DNA from: Candidatus Daviesbacteria bacterium
GTDB lineage: Bacteria > Patescibacteriota > Microgenomatia > Daviesbacterales > UBA10151
Assembly: GCA_016183305.1 (NCBI GenBank)
Contig: JACPEW010000011.1
Coordinates: 2,020 to 66,019, forward strand
Direction of reading: 5' to 3'
Length of the DNA: 64,000 nucleotides
Every line of letters begins with the position of its first letter. Within the stretch, counting starts at the first letter, position 1. The position numbers and the translations under genes are program-made. Of this stretch, positions 51,573-62,217 are shown one piece after another. A model generated the notes under the pieces. It was given only the letters and a program-made list of their open reading frames with translations, ran no database searches and was not told where the DNA came from.

Positions 51573-52874
51573 GTGAAACCGAGAACTATTCTTTGGCTGA
51601 TTGTTCTCATTACTTTTGTAGCGGTTTTAATAGATATTCCTAATCTTCCTTCATTAAAAATATTAGATAAAAGAATAACTGCCCCTAAATTTCCTCTTAA
51701 ATTAGGGCTTGATCTGCAAGGAGGTACAGAAGTAGTTTTGGAAACCCAGATGGATAAAATTGATCCCAAAAATAGGGATACTGCTTTAGAATCTGCAAAG
51801 CAGGTAATAGAAAGAAGGATAAATTTATATGGAGTATCAGAGGCTTTAGTGCAGACATCCAAAATAGGAGAACAAAGAAGGATTATAGTTGAACTACCAG
51901 GGCTCAAAGAAGCATCATCTGCAGCAGGCTTAGTTGGAAAAACTGCGCAATTGGATTTCCGGGAGCTTGTAGCAACTCCTTCAGCAGAAGCTACTCAATC
52001 AGCACAGGCTTATTTATCTTCTTTTAAATCAACAGGTTTAACAGGAGCTGATTTAAAAGAAGCCAAGGTTACTTTTGGTAGCGGTCAAGGTGCCAGATCT
52101 GGACCGCAAGTTGGGATAGAATTTACAGCAGAGGGGGCTAAGAAATTTGCTGAAATTACCAAAAGAAATGTTAACAAACCTCTAGCAATGTTTCTGGATG
52201 ATGTGCCAATTAGCTGGCCTCCTCCTGTTGTTCAACAAGAAATTATTGGTGGCGATGCAGTAATTACAGGAGAATTTAGCATAGAGGAAGCAAAAAACTT
52301 GAGCGTTCAACTTAATGCTGGAGCCTTGCCTGTTCCAATAAAAATTATAGAACAGCAATCAATAGGACCCACTCTTGGTGCCCAATCAGTAAATAAAAGT
52401 ATAGTTGCAGGCATTATTGGCTTAGGCATAGTTGTTTTATATATGGCAGCTTACTATGGTATTTTAGGCTTGGTAGCTGATGCAGCTTTAATTATTTATA
52501 CAATTTTAGTGTTAGCTATTTTTAAAACTGGCCTTTTTATTCTACCGCCCATAACCTTAACTTTAGCAGGAATTGCTGGGTTTATCTTATCAATTGGTAT
52601 GGCAGTTGATGCAAATATTTTAATTTTTGAAAGAATGAAAGAAGAAATCCGCTGGGGTAAAAGTAAAACTATCGCTTTGGAATTAGGATTCAAAAGAGCC
52701 TGGTCTTCAATTTGGGCTTCAAATGTCTCATCTCTTATGACAGCTGCAATTTTATATGGTATGGGTACGTCATTAATTAAAGGTTTTGCTATTACTTTAG
52801 CAATTGGTGTCTTGGTATCGATGTTTACAGCAATGGTAGTAACCAGGACATTTATGAGGTTTATTATTAAATAA
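51573..52874 (+). CDS. secD: protein translocase subunit SecD
   Basis: LGLDLQGG, GALPVP, GPTLG, GMAVDANILIFER. Confidence 0.98.
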   Translation: MKPRTILWLIVLITFVAVLIDIPNLPSLKILDKRITAPKFPLKLGLDLQGGTEVVLETQMDKIDPKNRDTALESAKQVIERRINLYGVSEALVQTSKIGEQRRIIVELPGLKEASSAAGLVGKTAQLDFRELVATPSAEATQSAQAYLSSFKSTGLTGADLKEAKVTFGSGQGARSGPQVGIEFTAEGAKKFAEITKRNVNKPLAMFLDDVPISWPPPVVQQEIIGGDAVITGEFSIEEAKNLSVQLNAGALPVPIKIIEQQSIGPTLGAQSVNKSIVAGIIGLGIVVLYMAAYYGILGLVADAALIIYTILVLAIFKTGLFILPPITLTLAGIAGFILSIGMAVDANILIFERMKEEIRWGKSKTIALELGFKRAWSSIWASNVSSLMTAAILYGMGTSLIKGFAITLAIGVLVSMFTAMVVTRTFMRFIIK

Positions 52875-52881
52875 CTTTTAT

Positions 52882-53751
52882 ATGCAATTTAAATCTAAAA
52901 CGCCACATTATGAATATTTAAAGAATAAATGGGTTTTACGCCACCGGGCTATTCAAAATAAATTTTGGGAAAATCATAGCGATGCTTTAAAACATTTAGC
53001 AGCAGGTTCTTTAGGAGGATTAATGTTGTTGTCCGCTCCTAATTTAGGGCAATTGCCTGTTTCAATTGAAGCTCATAGCCGTGAAGATATTTCAAAAAGC
53101 TTTGATAAAAATGTATTACTGGCTCAGGTTTTATCTGATAAAGCGCCTAAGGAAGTAAGGCCTCTTAATCTAGAAGAAGAAAAAGAAATTACTGATTTAT
53201 TATCCACAAATTTCGGTGTTAAAGTAACATCAGAGATAGATGGTATTAAGCTTAATAGAAACTATGGTTTGATAGGAGGGGAGCAGCATTTATACCGTTA
53301 TCCTGGTGATAATCTATATGCTCATGCCGGTAATGCGTCTGATTGGGCAAAATATGGTGGGGCAGGAATTGCGCCAGGGCTTGGCGCTTGGGGCTATTTT
53401 GCTCCTTCGCAAAAGGACTTTAAAGAGATTGACAAAAAAAGAGAGCGTTATTATTTAGCAATACAAACTTTCCTAACTCCAGGTTTTGCAGAAAATTTTA
53501 CAAAATTCCGGGATTTTTTCAAGTTTAGGAAAATGTTAGTAGTTAACCCAAAGACTGGTCAAGCAATAGTAGCTGTAATTGGTGATGCTGGACCATCAGA
53601 ATGGACTGGCAAACACCTAGGCGGTTCGCCAGAGGTAATGGATGTATTAGGATTAGCAACTGGACCGGGGAAAGGACCAGTGTTATATTTTTTTATTGAT
53701 GACCAAAAAAATGAAATACCTTTAGGTCCAATAAAAGGGTCTATATTATGA
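52882..53751 (+). CDS. hypothetical protein, possible RlpA-like beta-barrel C-terminus
   Basis: VVNPKTGQAIVAVIGDAGP resembles a DPBB motif. Confidence 0.6.
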   Translation: MQFKSKTPHYEYLKNKWVLRHRAIQNKFWENHSDALKHLAAGSLGGLMLLSAPNLGQLPVSIEAHSREDISKSFDKNVLLAQVLSDKAPKEVRPLNLEEEKEITDLLSTNFGVKVTSEIDGIKLNRNYGLIGGEQHLYRYPGDNLYAHAGNASDWAKYGGAGIAPGLGAWGYFAPSQKDFKEIDKKRERYYLAIQTFLTPGFAENFTKFRDFFKFRKMLVVNPKTGQAIVAVIGDAGPSEWTGKHLGGSPEVMDVLGLATGPGKGPVLYFFIDDQKNEIPLGPIKGSIL

Positions 53752-54077
53752 AGCACTTTTACACACATTTAATAGAAATAGAATCAATTATTATAGAACT
53801 TGATAAGCTGGATTTGTCTATGGAACAAAAAACTCATCTGACTAGTTTAATTGATTCCAGTTTACACCATACTATTTTGGATGTTGTTTTGTCTCAGCTT
53901 AGCATTCAAGACAAGAAAATATTTCTAACTTACTTACAAGAAGGTAAGCATGATAAAATTTGGCAGTTTTTGAATGAAAAAGTTGATGGCGTAGAAGAAA
54001 AGATTAAAAAAGCAGCAGAGGATTTAAAGCTTCAGCTGCATAAAGATTTAAAAGAGACAAAAAAGAATCAACTATGA
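53748..54077 (+). CDS. hypothetical helical protein
   Basis: Overlap-coupled to both neighbours. Confidence 0.7.
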   Translation: MKHFYTHLIEIESIIIELDKLDLSMEQKTHLTSLIDSSLHHTILDVVLSQLSIQDKKIFLTYLQEGKHDKIWQFLNEKVDGVEEKIKKAAEDLKLQLHKDLKETKKNQL

Positions 54078-54958
54078 ATTTAATGAAATATAAAGTTTGG
54101 TATTTTGTTTTTTCCTTGCTGATTATTTTACCAGGATTATATTTTCTTGTTACTTCTGGATTAAAATTGGGAATAGATTTTACAGGAGGAGCTTTGCTTG
54201 AATATAAATTTGAGAAGAAAATTAACTCACCGCAGTTAAAACAACAGATTGAGTCTCAAGGTATTATAGTTGGGCAAATTACTCCCTCAGCAAATAATGT
54301 GTATATTATCAGGACAAAACCAGCTGAACAGAATAAAGTAGCTGTTTTAAAGAATTTTTTAACCGCAAAGTTTGATAAGGTAGAGGAAAGAAGGATTGAG
54401 TTTGTTGGACCTATTATCGGATCTGAACTACAACAAAAAGCTGTTACTGCCACTGTGCTTGCTTCTGTGATGATTGTTTTATATATTGCTTATTCTTTTA
54501 GAAAAATACCTAAACCAGCATCAGCTTGGAGGTTTGGCATTTCTGCAGTAATTGCTTTAGTGCACGATATATTAGTGGTGGTAGGGGCATTTGCGGTATT
54601 AGGAAAGTTTTTAGGGGTGGAAATTGATACTCTTTTTGTAACAGCTCTTTTAACAGTAATAGGATTTTCTGTCCATGATACGATTGTGGTCTTTGACAGG
54701 ATTAGAGAAAACTTAGGAAAAAACATAGGAAAAAAATTTATTGATGTTGCTAATTTATCAGTAATTCAAACTCTGGGCAGATCTTTGAATACTACTTTAA
54801 CGGTTGTTTTTGTCCTCTTGGCATTATTGCTTTTTGGCGGAGAAACTTTAAAATGGTTTGTGGTAGCGCTTTTAGTAGGAATAATTTCCGGTACTTATTC
54901 TTCAATCTTTAATGCCACAGCATTACTTGTTTGGTGGGAAGAAAAGTTGAGCCACTAA
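54074..54958 (+). CDS. secF: protein translocase subunit SecF
   Basis: LGIDFTGG, GFSVHDTIVVFDRIREN, GTYSSIF. Confidence 0.98.
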   Translation: MNLMKYKVWYFVFSLLIILPGLYFLVTSGLKLGIDFTGGALLEYKFEKKINSPQLKQQIESQGIIVGQITPSANNVYIIRTKPAEQNKVAVLKNFLTAKFDKVEERRIEFVGPIIGSELQQKAVTATVLASVMIVLYIAYSFRKIPKPASAWRFGISAVIALVHDILVVVGAFAVLGKFLGVEIDTLFVTALLTVIGFSVHDTIVVFDRIRENLGKNIGKKFIDVANLSVIQTLGRSLNTTLTVVFVLLALLLFGGETLKWFVVALLVGIISGTYSSIFNATALLVWWEEKLSH

Positions 54959-54962
54959 TAAA

Positions 54963-56297
54963 CTATTTAAAAGATTTAATTCTTTCTAATAAATATTCCT
55001 CAGTATTTCTTGAGGAATCCTCTGAGACTTCTTTAAAGAGCTGTTCTAAAACTTTACCTACTTTTGGTCCTGGTTTAATATTTAAAACTTCCATTACATC
55101 ATTGCCAGTTACTTTTAAATCAGAGATGGAAAATGGTTTTTTTAAAACTTCTTTGATTCTTTTTTGGAATTCTTCCATCCTCCAGGAAATTGCTTTTTGA
55201 GTTCCGCCCCCCAGTCTATCTCCCACTCTTACTGCCATCATATCCTCAATATTTTCTAAACCAACATTTTTAATAAATCTTCTGACTGCAGAATCAGTTT
55301 GGTCTTCTGAGACTGTGAATAGATGCCGTCTGACTAACCTGTATAATTTGTCAGTTTGTTTTTTTGATAAATTAAATCTTTTGGCTATATCTAAAACAAT
55401 TCTTCCTCCAACTATGTCATGGTTATAAAAAGTGACATTACCATCAGCAGCGGTTTTAACAGTGTTAACTTTACCTATATCATGCAAAAGGCTAGCCAGT
55501 CTTACTAATGGGTCAGCAGATGGTGTGTGTTTGAGAGCCAGTAATGAATGTTCTCCAATATCATAAACCCGGTCATGCTTTGGTCCCTGCTGGACAATAC
55601 CAAAACATCTTTCCAGCTCCGGCAAGATAAGCTGTAAAATTCCTGACCCCCTTAATTTAACAATTCCTGCATAAGGGTCACTGGAGGCAAGCAGTTTAAA
55701 TAATTCATCCCTTATTCTCTCATTGGCAATTTCTTTCAGAAGATGGGCATTTTCTTTAACTGCTTTAAGAGTATTGGGTTCTATTTTAAATTCCAGTTCA
55801 GTTGCAATTCTGACTGCCCTCATTAAACGGAGAGCATCTTCTTTAAATCTTTGCTCGGGATTGCCGACTGTTTTGATAATTTTATTTCTAATGTCCTCTT
55901 GGCCATTAAATGGATCAATTATTTCATCTTTATCTGATAAAGCAAGAGCATTAATAGTAAAATCTCTTCTGGCAAGATCTTCTTCTATTTTATTTGTCCA
56001 ACCAACTTTATCAGGGTGGCGGTGATCTTTATAATCACTCTCTTTTCTCATAGTGGTAATTTCAAAAATTCCTAAGGGAGTATTTAATCCAACAGTTCCA
56101 AACTTATTATCATAAAATCCCTGAGGAATCAGTTTTAAAATTTCTTCTGGTTTAGCATCAGTGGTAAAGTCCCAATCATTTACTTGTCTGCTCATCATAA
56201 GATCACGGACTACTCCTCCAACGATATAAATTTGGAATTTAGCTTTTTCAAATTTATCTAAAATATCCTTTACCTTATTAGGTAAGTTTTTATTCAT
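54963..56297 (-). CDS. cca: CCA tRNA nucleotidyltransferase / poly(A) polymerase family with HD domain
   Basis: VGGVVRD, DWDFTT, DLARRDFTINA, EDALRLMRA, LHDIGK. Confidence 0.92.
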   Translation of the reverse strand: MNKNLPNKVKDILDKFEKAKFQIYIVGGVVRDLMMSRQVNDWDFTTDAKPEEILKLIPQGFYDNKFGTVGLNTPLGIFEITTMRKESDYKDHRHPDKVGWTNKIEEDLARRDFTINALALSDKDEIIDPFNGQEDIRNKIIKTVGNPEQRFKEDALRLMRAVRIATELEFKIEPNTLKAVKENAHLLKEIANERIRDELFKLLASSDPYAGIVKLRGSGILQLILPELERCFGIVQQGPKHDRVYDIGEHSLLALKHTPSADPLVRLASLLHDIGKVNTVKTAADGNVTFYNHDIVGGRIVLDIAKRFNLSKKQTDKLYRLVRRHLFTVSEDQTDSAVRRFIKNVGLENIEDMMAVRVGDRLGGGTQKAISWRMEEFQKRIKEVLKKPFSISDLKVTGNDVMEVLNIKPGPKVGKVLEQLFKEVSEDSSRNTEEYLLERIKSFK

Positions 56298-56332
56298 AAT
56301 CTTAATTTTACCTTTTAATTATCTGTGATACA

Positions 56333-57925
56333 ATGCAGCTTGACATGAAGTGGAAAATAATTCCTAAAAGGTCTGATGATTTAATTGAACAGCTGCTTAT
56401 AAATCGTGGTATTAAAACTAAAAAAGAAAAAGAAGACTTTTTCCATCCAAAATTAAAAGATTTTGAACAGGATTTAAATATTTCTGGAATTGAAAAAGCC
56501 ACTAAAAGAATCTTGAAAGCAATAGATAAAAATGAATTAATAATAGTTTATGGTGATTATGATGTAGATGGAATTTGTGCTTCAGCAATTTTATATAAAG
56601 GGTTAACTTCAATAGGAGCAAAAGTTTTGCCCTATATCCCACACCGGGAAAAAGAAGGATATGGGTTATCAGAGCAAGGATTGCAATTTGCTAAAGACCA
56701 GGGAGCAGCAGTAGTTATTACTGTTGATAATGGAATCGTAGCTGTAAACCAGGCTGTTTTTGCCAAAAACTTAGGCTTAGATTTAATCATTACAGATCAT
56801 CATGTGCCAGGAGAAAAAATGCCGGAAACATATGCAATTGTTCATTCAACTAAAATGTGTGGAGCTGCAGTTGCTTGGTGTTTAATCCGGGGTTTAGTAA
56901 AAAAGGAATTAGTTGAGGAATTGTTGCAATTTGTAGCAATTGCCACAGTTTGTGATTTAATTCCTCTTATTGGTTTAGGCAGGGCTTTTGTTTTTGAAGG
57001 TTTAAAAGTATTGAATAAAACAACAAATCTTGGATTGTTGGCTCTTGCTGCTGAGGCAGGAATAACCATAGGAGGTGTTAGGTCATTTGAGATAGGTTAT
57101 ATTATTGGTCCAAGGTTAAATGCTATGGGCAGGGTAGAGCATGCTATAGATTCTTTGCGTTTGCTTTGCACAAAAGACCCTAGTAAGGCCCAAAAGCTTG
57201 TTAAGCTATTATCTGAAACTAATACCACTCGTCAGAAGATGACTATGGATGCCTTAGAACAAGCAAAGTTATTAATAGACAGACAACAGTCAATTCATGT
57301 TTTAGTCAGTAAAGATTGGTCTGCTGGAATTATTGGTTTAGTAGCAGGTAAAGTTTGTGAGGAATATTATCGTCCAGCAATTGCTATCTCAGTTGGTGAG
57401 GAAGTTTCCAAAGGATCTGCCCGGTCTATAGATGGGATTAATATTGTTGAGGTTATAAGAGAACATGCTGATATTTTACTTGATGTGGGAGGTCATCCTG
57501 GAGCTGCTGGCTTTTCTATTTTAAGCAAGCATATAAAAATTTTTAAAAAAAGGCTGGAAGAGTATGAGATAGTATTACCAGAAGAGAACAGGGTTTTAGA
57601 AATTGATGCTTTAGTTGATAGTAAAAAGTTAACCAAAAGTTTAATTGCACAAATACAGAAATTTGAACCATTTGGCTTTGGCAATAAAAGGCCAGTTTTA
57701 GCAACTGAAAAAATGAGGATTTCAGATTTAAAAACAGTAGGAAATGGCAAGCATCTTAAATTTAAAACGGATAACATTGAATCTATAGCTTTTGGAATGG
57801 GGGATTTAGCTAATGTTTTGCAGGCAGGTCAATTAATTGATGTGGCATATAATTTAGAGTTAGATACCTATAATGGTTTTGAAAAAATACAACTTAAGGT
57901 AAAAGATATTAAATTAGCAAGCTAA
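56333..57925 (+). CDS. recJ: ssDNA exonuclease RecJ
   Basis: GDYDVDG, TVDNG, TDHH, GSARS, GGHPGAAG. Confidence 0.98.
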   Translation: MQLDMKWKIIPKRSDDLIEQLLINRGIKTKKEKEDFFHPKLKDFEQDLNISGIEKATKRILKAIDKNELIIVYGDYDVDGICASAILYKGLTSIGAKVLPYIPHREKEGYGLSEQGLQFAKDQGAAVVITVDNGIVAVNQAVFAKNLGLDLIITDHHVPGEKMPETYAIVHSTKMCGAAVAWCLIRGLVKKELVEELLQFVAIATVCDLIPLIGLGRAFVFEGLKVLNKTTNLGLLALAAEAGITIGGVRSFEIGYIIGPRLNAMGRVEHAIDSLRLLCTKDPSKAQKLVKLLSETNTTRQKMTMDALEQAKLLIDRQQSIHVLVSKDWSAGIIGLVAGKVCEEYYRPAIAISVGEEVSKGSARSIDGINIVEVIREHADILLDVGGHPGAAGFSILSKHIKIFKKRLEEYEIVLPEENRVLEIDALVDSKKLTKSLIAQIQKFEPFGFGNKRPVLATEKMRISDLKTVGNGKHLKFKTDNIESIAFGMGDLANVLQAGQLIDVAYNLELDTYNGFEKIQLKVKDIKLAS

Positions 57926-57934
57926 TAATTAATT

Positions 57935-59647
57935 TTAAGCCCTAAGAATACCAACGCATGCTTCTACAATAAATGGTTTTCCAGATCTGGTAATCTGTTG
58001 TGCTTGTAGTAAGGCTGGTTCAACTTCTTCTGCTCTGGTGACTCTTATTCCTTGAATGCCAAATGCCTGACCAGCAGCCAAAAAATCAGGATTATGGTCT
58101 GTTTGGTCTGTTTCACATATCCGGCCATCGCCGGATTTTTCTTGTGTTATCTGGACTGAACCAAATGCCTTATTGTTCATAACTATACTACAAGTTGGTA
58201 TCTGATATGCCCTTTCTGTTCCAAATAAAGGGAGAACTCTTAGTCCGGCCCCATCTCCCATAAGGGCAAATACATCCCTATCAGGAGCTGCTATCTTGAC
58301 CCCCATTGCAGCAGGTAGGCCAAAACCCATAGCTCCAAGACCACCTGAAGCAAAAAAACTTTTAGGGTCTTCTGCTAAATACCTTTCAACAGCAACAAAT
58401 TTAGATTGTCCTGAGTCGCTTACCACAACTGCCTTACCTCTTGTTACTTTAGATAATATATCTATTACCTCATCAGGCATTAATTGGCTATCTGGAGAAG
58501 ATGATCCTACGGTTGTTTTAGCTTGTTGTATTTCTTCATCAAACATTGCCCGCCATGCAGTGTTTTTCTTCCAGATAGTTCTTTTAAGTATTTCTTCTAA
58601 AGCAAAAGCAGCGTTTGCTGCAATAGATAATTGGGCAGATCTTGTTTGATCGCATTGTTCAGGTGCAGTATCAATCTGAATTAGTGTAGCTTGCCGGGCA
58701 AACCTTTCCCCCAGCCCTCTAGTAGCTTTTTCGTCACGGCGCGCACCAACAACTAATATACAATCCGCATTATCTATTATTTGATTAGCTATATCTCTAC
58801 CTCTAACACCTATCATGCCAGCGTTTAAATGATGGGTATCTGGAAAACCGGATTTTCCATGTAAAGTATAAACAACATAACTATCAGTTTTTCTAGCTAA
58901 CTCATCAAGGAATCGTGGCGCATTGGGTGACATAAGTAGTCCATTACCAACTAAAATTACTGGTTTTTGGGAGTGATTAAGTATATCGGCAGCATGATTA
59001 AATTGCCATGCATCCATTGGAGTATTAACAGGATATATTGGAGCAGTATCGGGATAGAAAGGTTTAAAAGTATCTTTTGCTAATTGTATATCTTCGGGAA
59101 TTTCTACAACAACTGGGCCAGGGCGGCCGCTTCGAGTGCAATAAAATGCTTCTTGCATCACTTCTGTGGTGGCACCAGGCTTTCGAATTCGGAAAGCTTG
59201 TTTTACTACTACTTTGGTTAGTTCAGGTACATCAACATTTTGATATGTATCCAGGCCGATATATTTGCTGTGCCCGCTTCCAATAACAGCAATAAGTGAG
59301 GTAGAATCCTTTTTTGCATTTGCTAATGACGTTATTAAATCAGTTAAGCCCGGTCCTCCTATAGTTATTACAACACCTACTTTTCCACTCATTCGAGCAT
59401 ATCCTTCGGCAGCATAGCCTGCTCCTTGTTCGTGAGCAGGCCTAAAGAATTGTATTCTTCCTCTATTTGGAGAAGTAATCAAGGGATTATTGGATGTACC
59501 AGAATATACAAAGGCTTTATCTGTACCTTCTGCTTCCAAGTAACCTAAGACAGCATCGGCTGCAGTCATTGTTCTCTGGCCTATTTGTACTTCTCTTAAT
59601 ACCGCAGGTGTTTGTTTTGGGTTAGATGGGTCTATTTCTGGTGTCAT
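57935..59647 (-). CDS. acetolactate synthase large subunit-like ThDP enzyme
   Basis: HEQGAGYAAEGYAR, GPG, SGRPGPV, SGGLGAMGFGLPAAMG, GDG..NN. Confidence 0.85.
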   Translation of the reverse strand: MTPEIDPSNPKQTPAVLREVQIGQRTMTAADAVLGYLEAEGTDKAFVYSGTSNNPLITSPNRGRIQFFRPAHEQGAGYAAEGYARMSGKVGVVITIGGPGLTDLITSLANAKKDSTSLIAVIGSGHSKYIGLDTYQNVDVPELTKVVVKQAFRIRKPGATTEVMQEAFYCTRSGRPGPVVVEIPEDIQLAKDTFKPFYPDTAPIYPVNTPMDAWQFNHAADILNHSQKPVILVGNGLLMSPNAPRFLDELARKTDSYVVYTLHGKSGFPDTHHLNAGMIGVRGRDIANQIIDNADCILVVGARRDEKATRGLGERFARQATLIQIDTAPEQCDQTRSAQLSIAANAAFALEEILKRTIWKKNTAWRAMFDEEIQQAKTTVGSSSPDSQLMPDEVIDILSKVTRGKAVVVSDSGQSKFVAVERYLAEDPKSFFASGGLGAMGFGLPAAMGVKIAAPDRDVFALMGDGAGLRVLPLFGTERAYQIPTCSIVMNNKAFGSVQITQEKSGDGRICETDQTDHNPDFLAAGQAFGIQGIRVTRAEEVEPALLQAQQITRSGKPFIVEACVGILRA

Positions 59648-59792
59648 AAAAAAATCTCCCCGGCAGGAGAATAAAAATATTACCTATAGTTTGATAGGTT
59701 TCTTACTTTTTTGCAGTGATATTTCTCACATTGCCACTAAAAACTTGGGGTCTTATATAATTGACCCCAGGTTATAAAAACTTATTTTATTT

Positions 59793-60263
59793 TTAACCCA
59801 CTGCTACAACTGTTTTCTCGGTTGCCCACCTTGCACCTGCAGGATCTATCTCCACCATTCTTATCACTGGTTGTGCAAATGCTGCTCTTACAACTTGAAG
59901 ACCTAAATCTAATTTTGTAGTAGTCTCATCTGTTGGCGAAACTGATATAGGCCATCGTTCTTTTCCTCTGACTACTTCTGCATTAGCTTGTTGTGGCTCA
60001 CTAGTTATTGGATCATTAAGGAATGTTAGAGATTCTAATTCTATTCTACCTTTTTTCCCATCAATACATACTACTGCATGACTTAAAGCATCAGCAAATG
60101 CATCCTACTCATGAGTTCCTTTGCCAATAAATGTTGGTAAACCACGCATTTGTACTTCTGCAGCAAAATTGTTACCATCTAAATGACCATTGCATAATTC
60201 AATAATAATTAGTTTACTAGCTTGTATAACTTGTAATAAACTAGGTTTTGCTTCTGGTGTCAT
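59793..60263 (-). pseudogene. ORF with in-frame TAG (60105-60107); possibly LeuA regulatory-domain-like
   Basis: 157-codon frame open except one TAG; GKGTHE*DAFADAL resembles G.GPVDA..AL. Confidence 0.45.
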
Positions 60264-60285
60264 TATTTTCAACCCCCTTTCTTTT

Positions 60286-60552
60286 TTATCTAGTACCTGT
60301 TTTACTTTGGTACATAGCCATTCTGCGCAATCTTCTTACTTCGCTGTTACTAATTAGTTTAGGTGGTTCGAACACAAAACCTCTAAATCTTTCTAAATCT
60401 TCTGTAGAAGCATGGTAGGAGTCATCTTCAGTTTGGGCTGTAGGCTGTCTAGGCTTTTCTGTTCTAGTAGGGCAATGAAATGCATTACTTACAGTAGGGT
60501 CAGCATAAGTTCTAATTGTTGTGTATGGAATGAATCTTTCTCTGATTGTCAT
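60286..60552 (-). CDS. hypothetical protein
   Basis: 88-aa ATG ORF directly after the attenuator terminator. Confidence 0.5.
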   Translation of the reverse strand: MTIRERFIPYTTIRTYADPTVSNAFHCPTRTEKPRQPTAQTEDDSYHASTEDLERFRGFVFEPPKLISNSEVRRLRRMAMYQSKTGTR

Positions 60553-60561
60553 ATTTTTCTC

Positions 60562-60718
60562 ATAAAAAAACCTCCCATTTGGGGAGGCTTATTTCCTTTC
60601 TTTTTTAGATAAAAGTTATCTAAAAAAACCTCCCAAAAAGCCCTCCAATAAGGAGGACAATAAGGAGGCTGACTAAAACTTCAATTCTTTGAATATCTAA
60701 ACTTAATATTCTTGTCAT
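60562..60718 (-). promoter_or_regulatory. Ile/Leu/Val leader-peptide attenuator
   Basis: Leader 60718-60620 MTRILSLDIQRIEVLVSLLIVLLIGGLFGRFF*; repeated AGCCTCC/GGGAGGTTTTTT segments; terminator 60562-60590. Confidence 0.65.
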
Positions 60719-60877
60719 GAAAAAACAAAGCTTTTTATTTTTGAACCAAAATACCTCACAGCTCTGCTGCTGAGATGAATGGTTCAAAAAGAACTTTCCC
60801 AAAGAGATACTCCACAGTTTACTGCGGAGCAGTTCATTAACTTTGCTGAATTATTTTATTTTAACTTTTATATTTTG

Positions 60878-62206
60878 TCAAGGGCGGGTTATCATTAGAA
60901 AGCTCGTGTAATTATCTTTAGCATCCTGTAGGTTATCCTGAGTGATTTGTAAATTGTAAATTTCTGCCAAAACTTTACTGCCCATTACCGCAATATTTTT
61001 TCCTAATTTATTTTCTGCTAAGTATTTTGCTACTACTGCATGATCGATTAGTTCTTTAGTTCCTGATGTCTGTTTTAGGTGAGGATATTTTTTAGCAAGT
61101 GTACTTTTGCATTGAGCCAGAACTTGAGGGTGAGTCATGATAGTGGTTATTTCTGAAAACTTAATATCTTTTCTGATCATTAAAGCATGCGAAATTTTAA
61201 TAGCAAATTCTTTAACAATCTTAAACTTATAACTGGCTATAGCCTCAATGCTTTCTCCAACAATTCCGCCTACGGAATTATGAATAGCAAATTGTCCGCA
61301 GTCAATACCACCAGCATGTAATGCTTTTAAAACATTTTCAGAAGTATATAAATATTTGATTTTATACTTAGTAATACCTTCTTTCCTTAAATAATATTGT
61401 ATGGCTTCCTCATTAAAACTGCCTATTCCTCCTTGTATGCCAAAAGTTATAAATTTAGGGTTCTTCTGTTTTGGTAATAATTTGTTATAAACCCTGTCAT
61501 AAATTTCTCCTAATTTAATCCTCATTTGTTTGGTATAAGGATTAAAATGCTGTAAGTCTGTAAAAAGTTGCCAGGTATCATTGCATGTTTGTTCTTTAAC
61601 TTCCAATAATTTTTTAATACCTAATGAATCGATTGGGGTAGATTGAAAGCCATAGGCATTAAGCAGTCTTCCGATAAAGTGCGTTAAACCCTGGGAAGAA
61701 GCAGCTAATTTATCATGTGTTTTGGCAGTCATTTCTATTACCTGTACTTTTTTACTTTTAAAATATTCTTTCCAGAATTTAAAAGTTTCACTACTGCTTA
61801 AAAATTTATCAATAATTAGGGGTAGGTTATCAAAACCATTCTTGCTGCTATCTGGACCAAACATTGGATGAGTTAGTATTGCTTGGGCCTTTAAACCTTT
61901 TAAATATTTTCTAAAAACTTTAGCTGGATGAATCTTGACTGATAAAACATCTACAAGAACATGATGGTTTTGAAAATACTTCTTGTGGGTTGCTATGACT
62001 TTTTCAAAATTGCTGATAGGTACTGCATAAAAAATAACTTCACCCTCGTAAATGTCAGCAATATTATTTGTAATATAGGTATTTTTGGTTAACCCGTTAC
62101 TTGTTATTGGACCTTTGTCGTAGAGGGTGATAATAAAATCATCCTTAATAAGGCGGTATAAAGTCTGGCCAAATCTACCAAATCCCACAATGCTAATTTT
62201 TTTCAT
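60878..62206 (-). CDS. prephenate/arogenate dehydrogenase fused to prephenate dehydratase domain
   Basis: GFGRFG, DVLSVK, THPMFGP, HD..AA.SQGLTH; then QGGIGSFNE, HNSVGG, THPQVLAQC, DNYTSF. Confidence 0.85.
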   Translation of the reverse strand: MKKISIVGFGRFGQTLYRLIKDDFIITLYDKGPITSNGLTKNTYITNNIADIYEGEVIFYAVPISNFEKVIATHKKYFQNHHVLVDVLSVKIHPAKVFRKYLKGLKAQAILTHPMFGPDSSKNGFDNLPLIIDKFLSSSETFKFWKEYFKSKKVQVIEMTAKTHDKLAASSQGLTHFIGRLLNAYGFQSTPIDSLGIKKLLEVKEQTCNDTWQLFTDLQHFNPYTKQMRIKLGEIYDRVYNKLLPKQKNPKFITFGIQGGIGSFNEEAIQYYLRKEGITKYKIKYLYTSENVLKALHAGGIDCGQFAIHNSVGGIVGESIEAIASYKFKIVKEFAIKISHALMIRKDIKFSEITTIMTHPQVLAQCKSTLAKKYPHLKQTSGTKELIDHAVVAKYLAENKLGKNIAVMGSKVLAEIYNLQITQDNLQDAKDNYTSFLMITRP

Positions 62207-62217
62207 GAACCCCTTTC

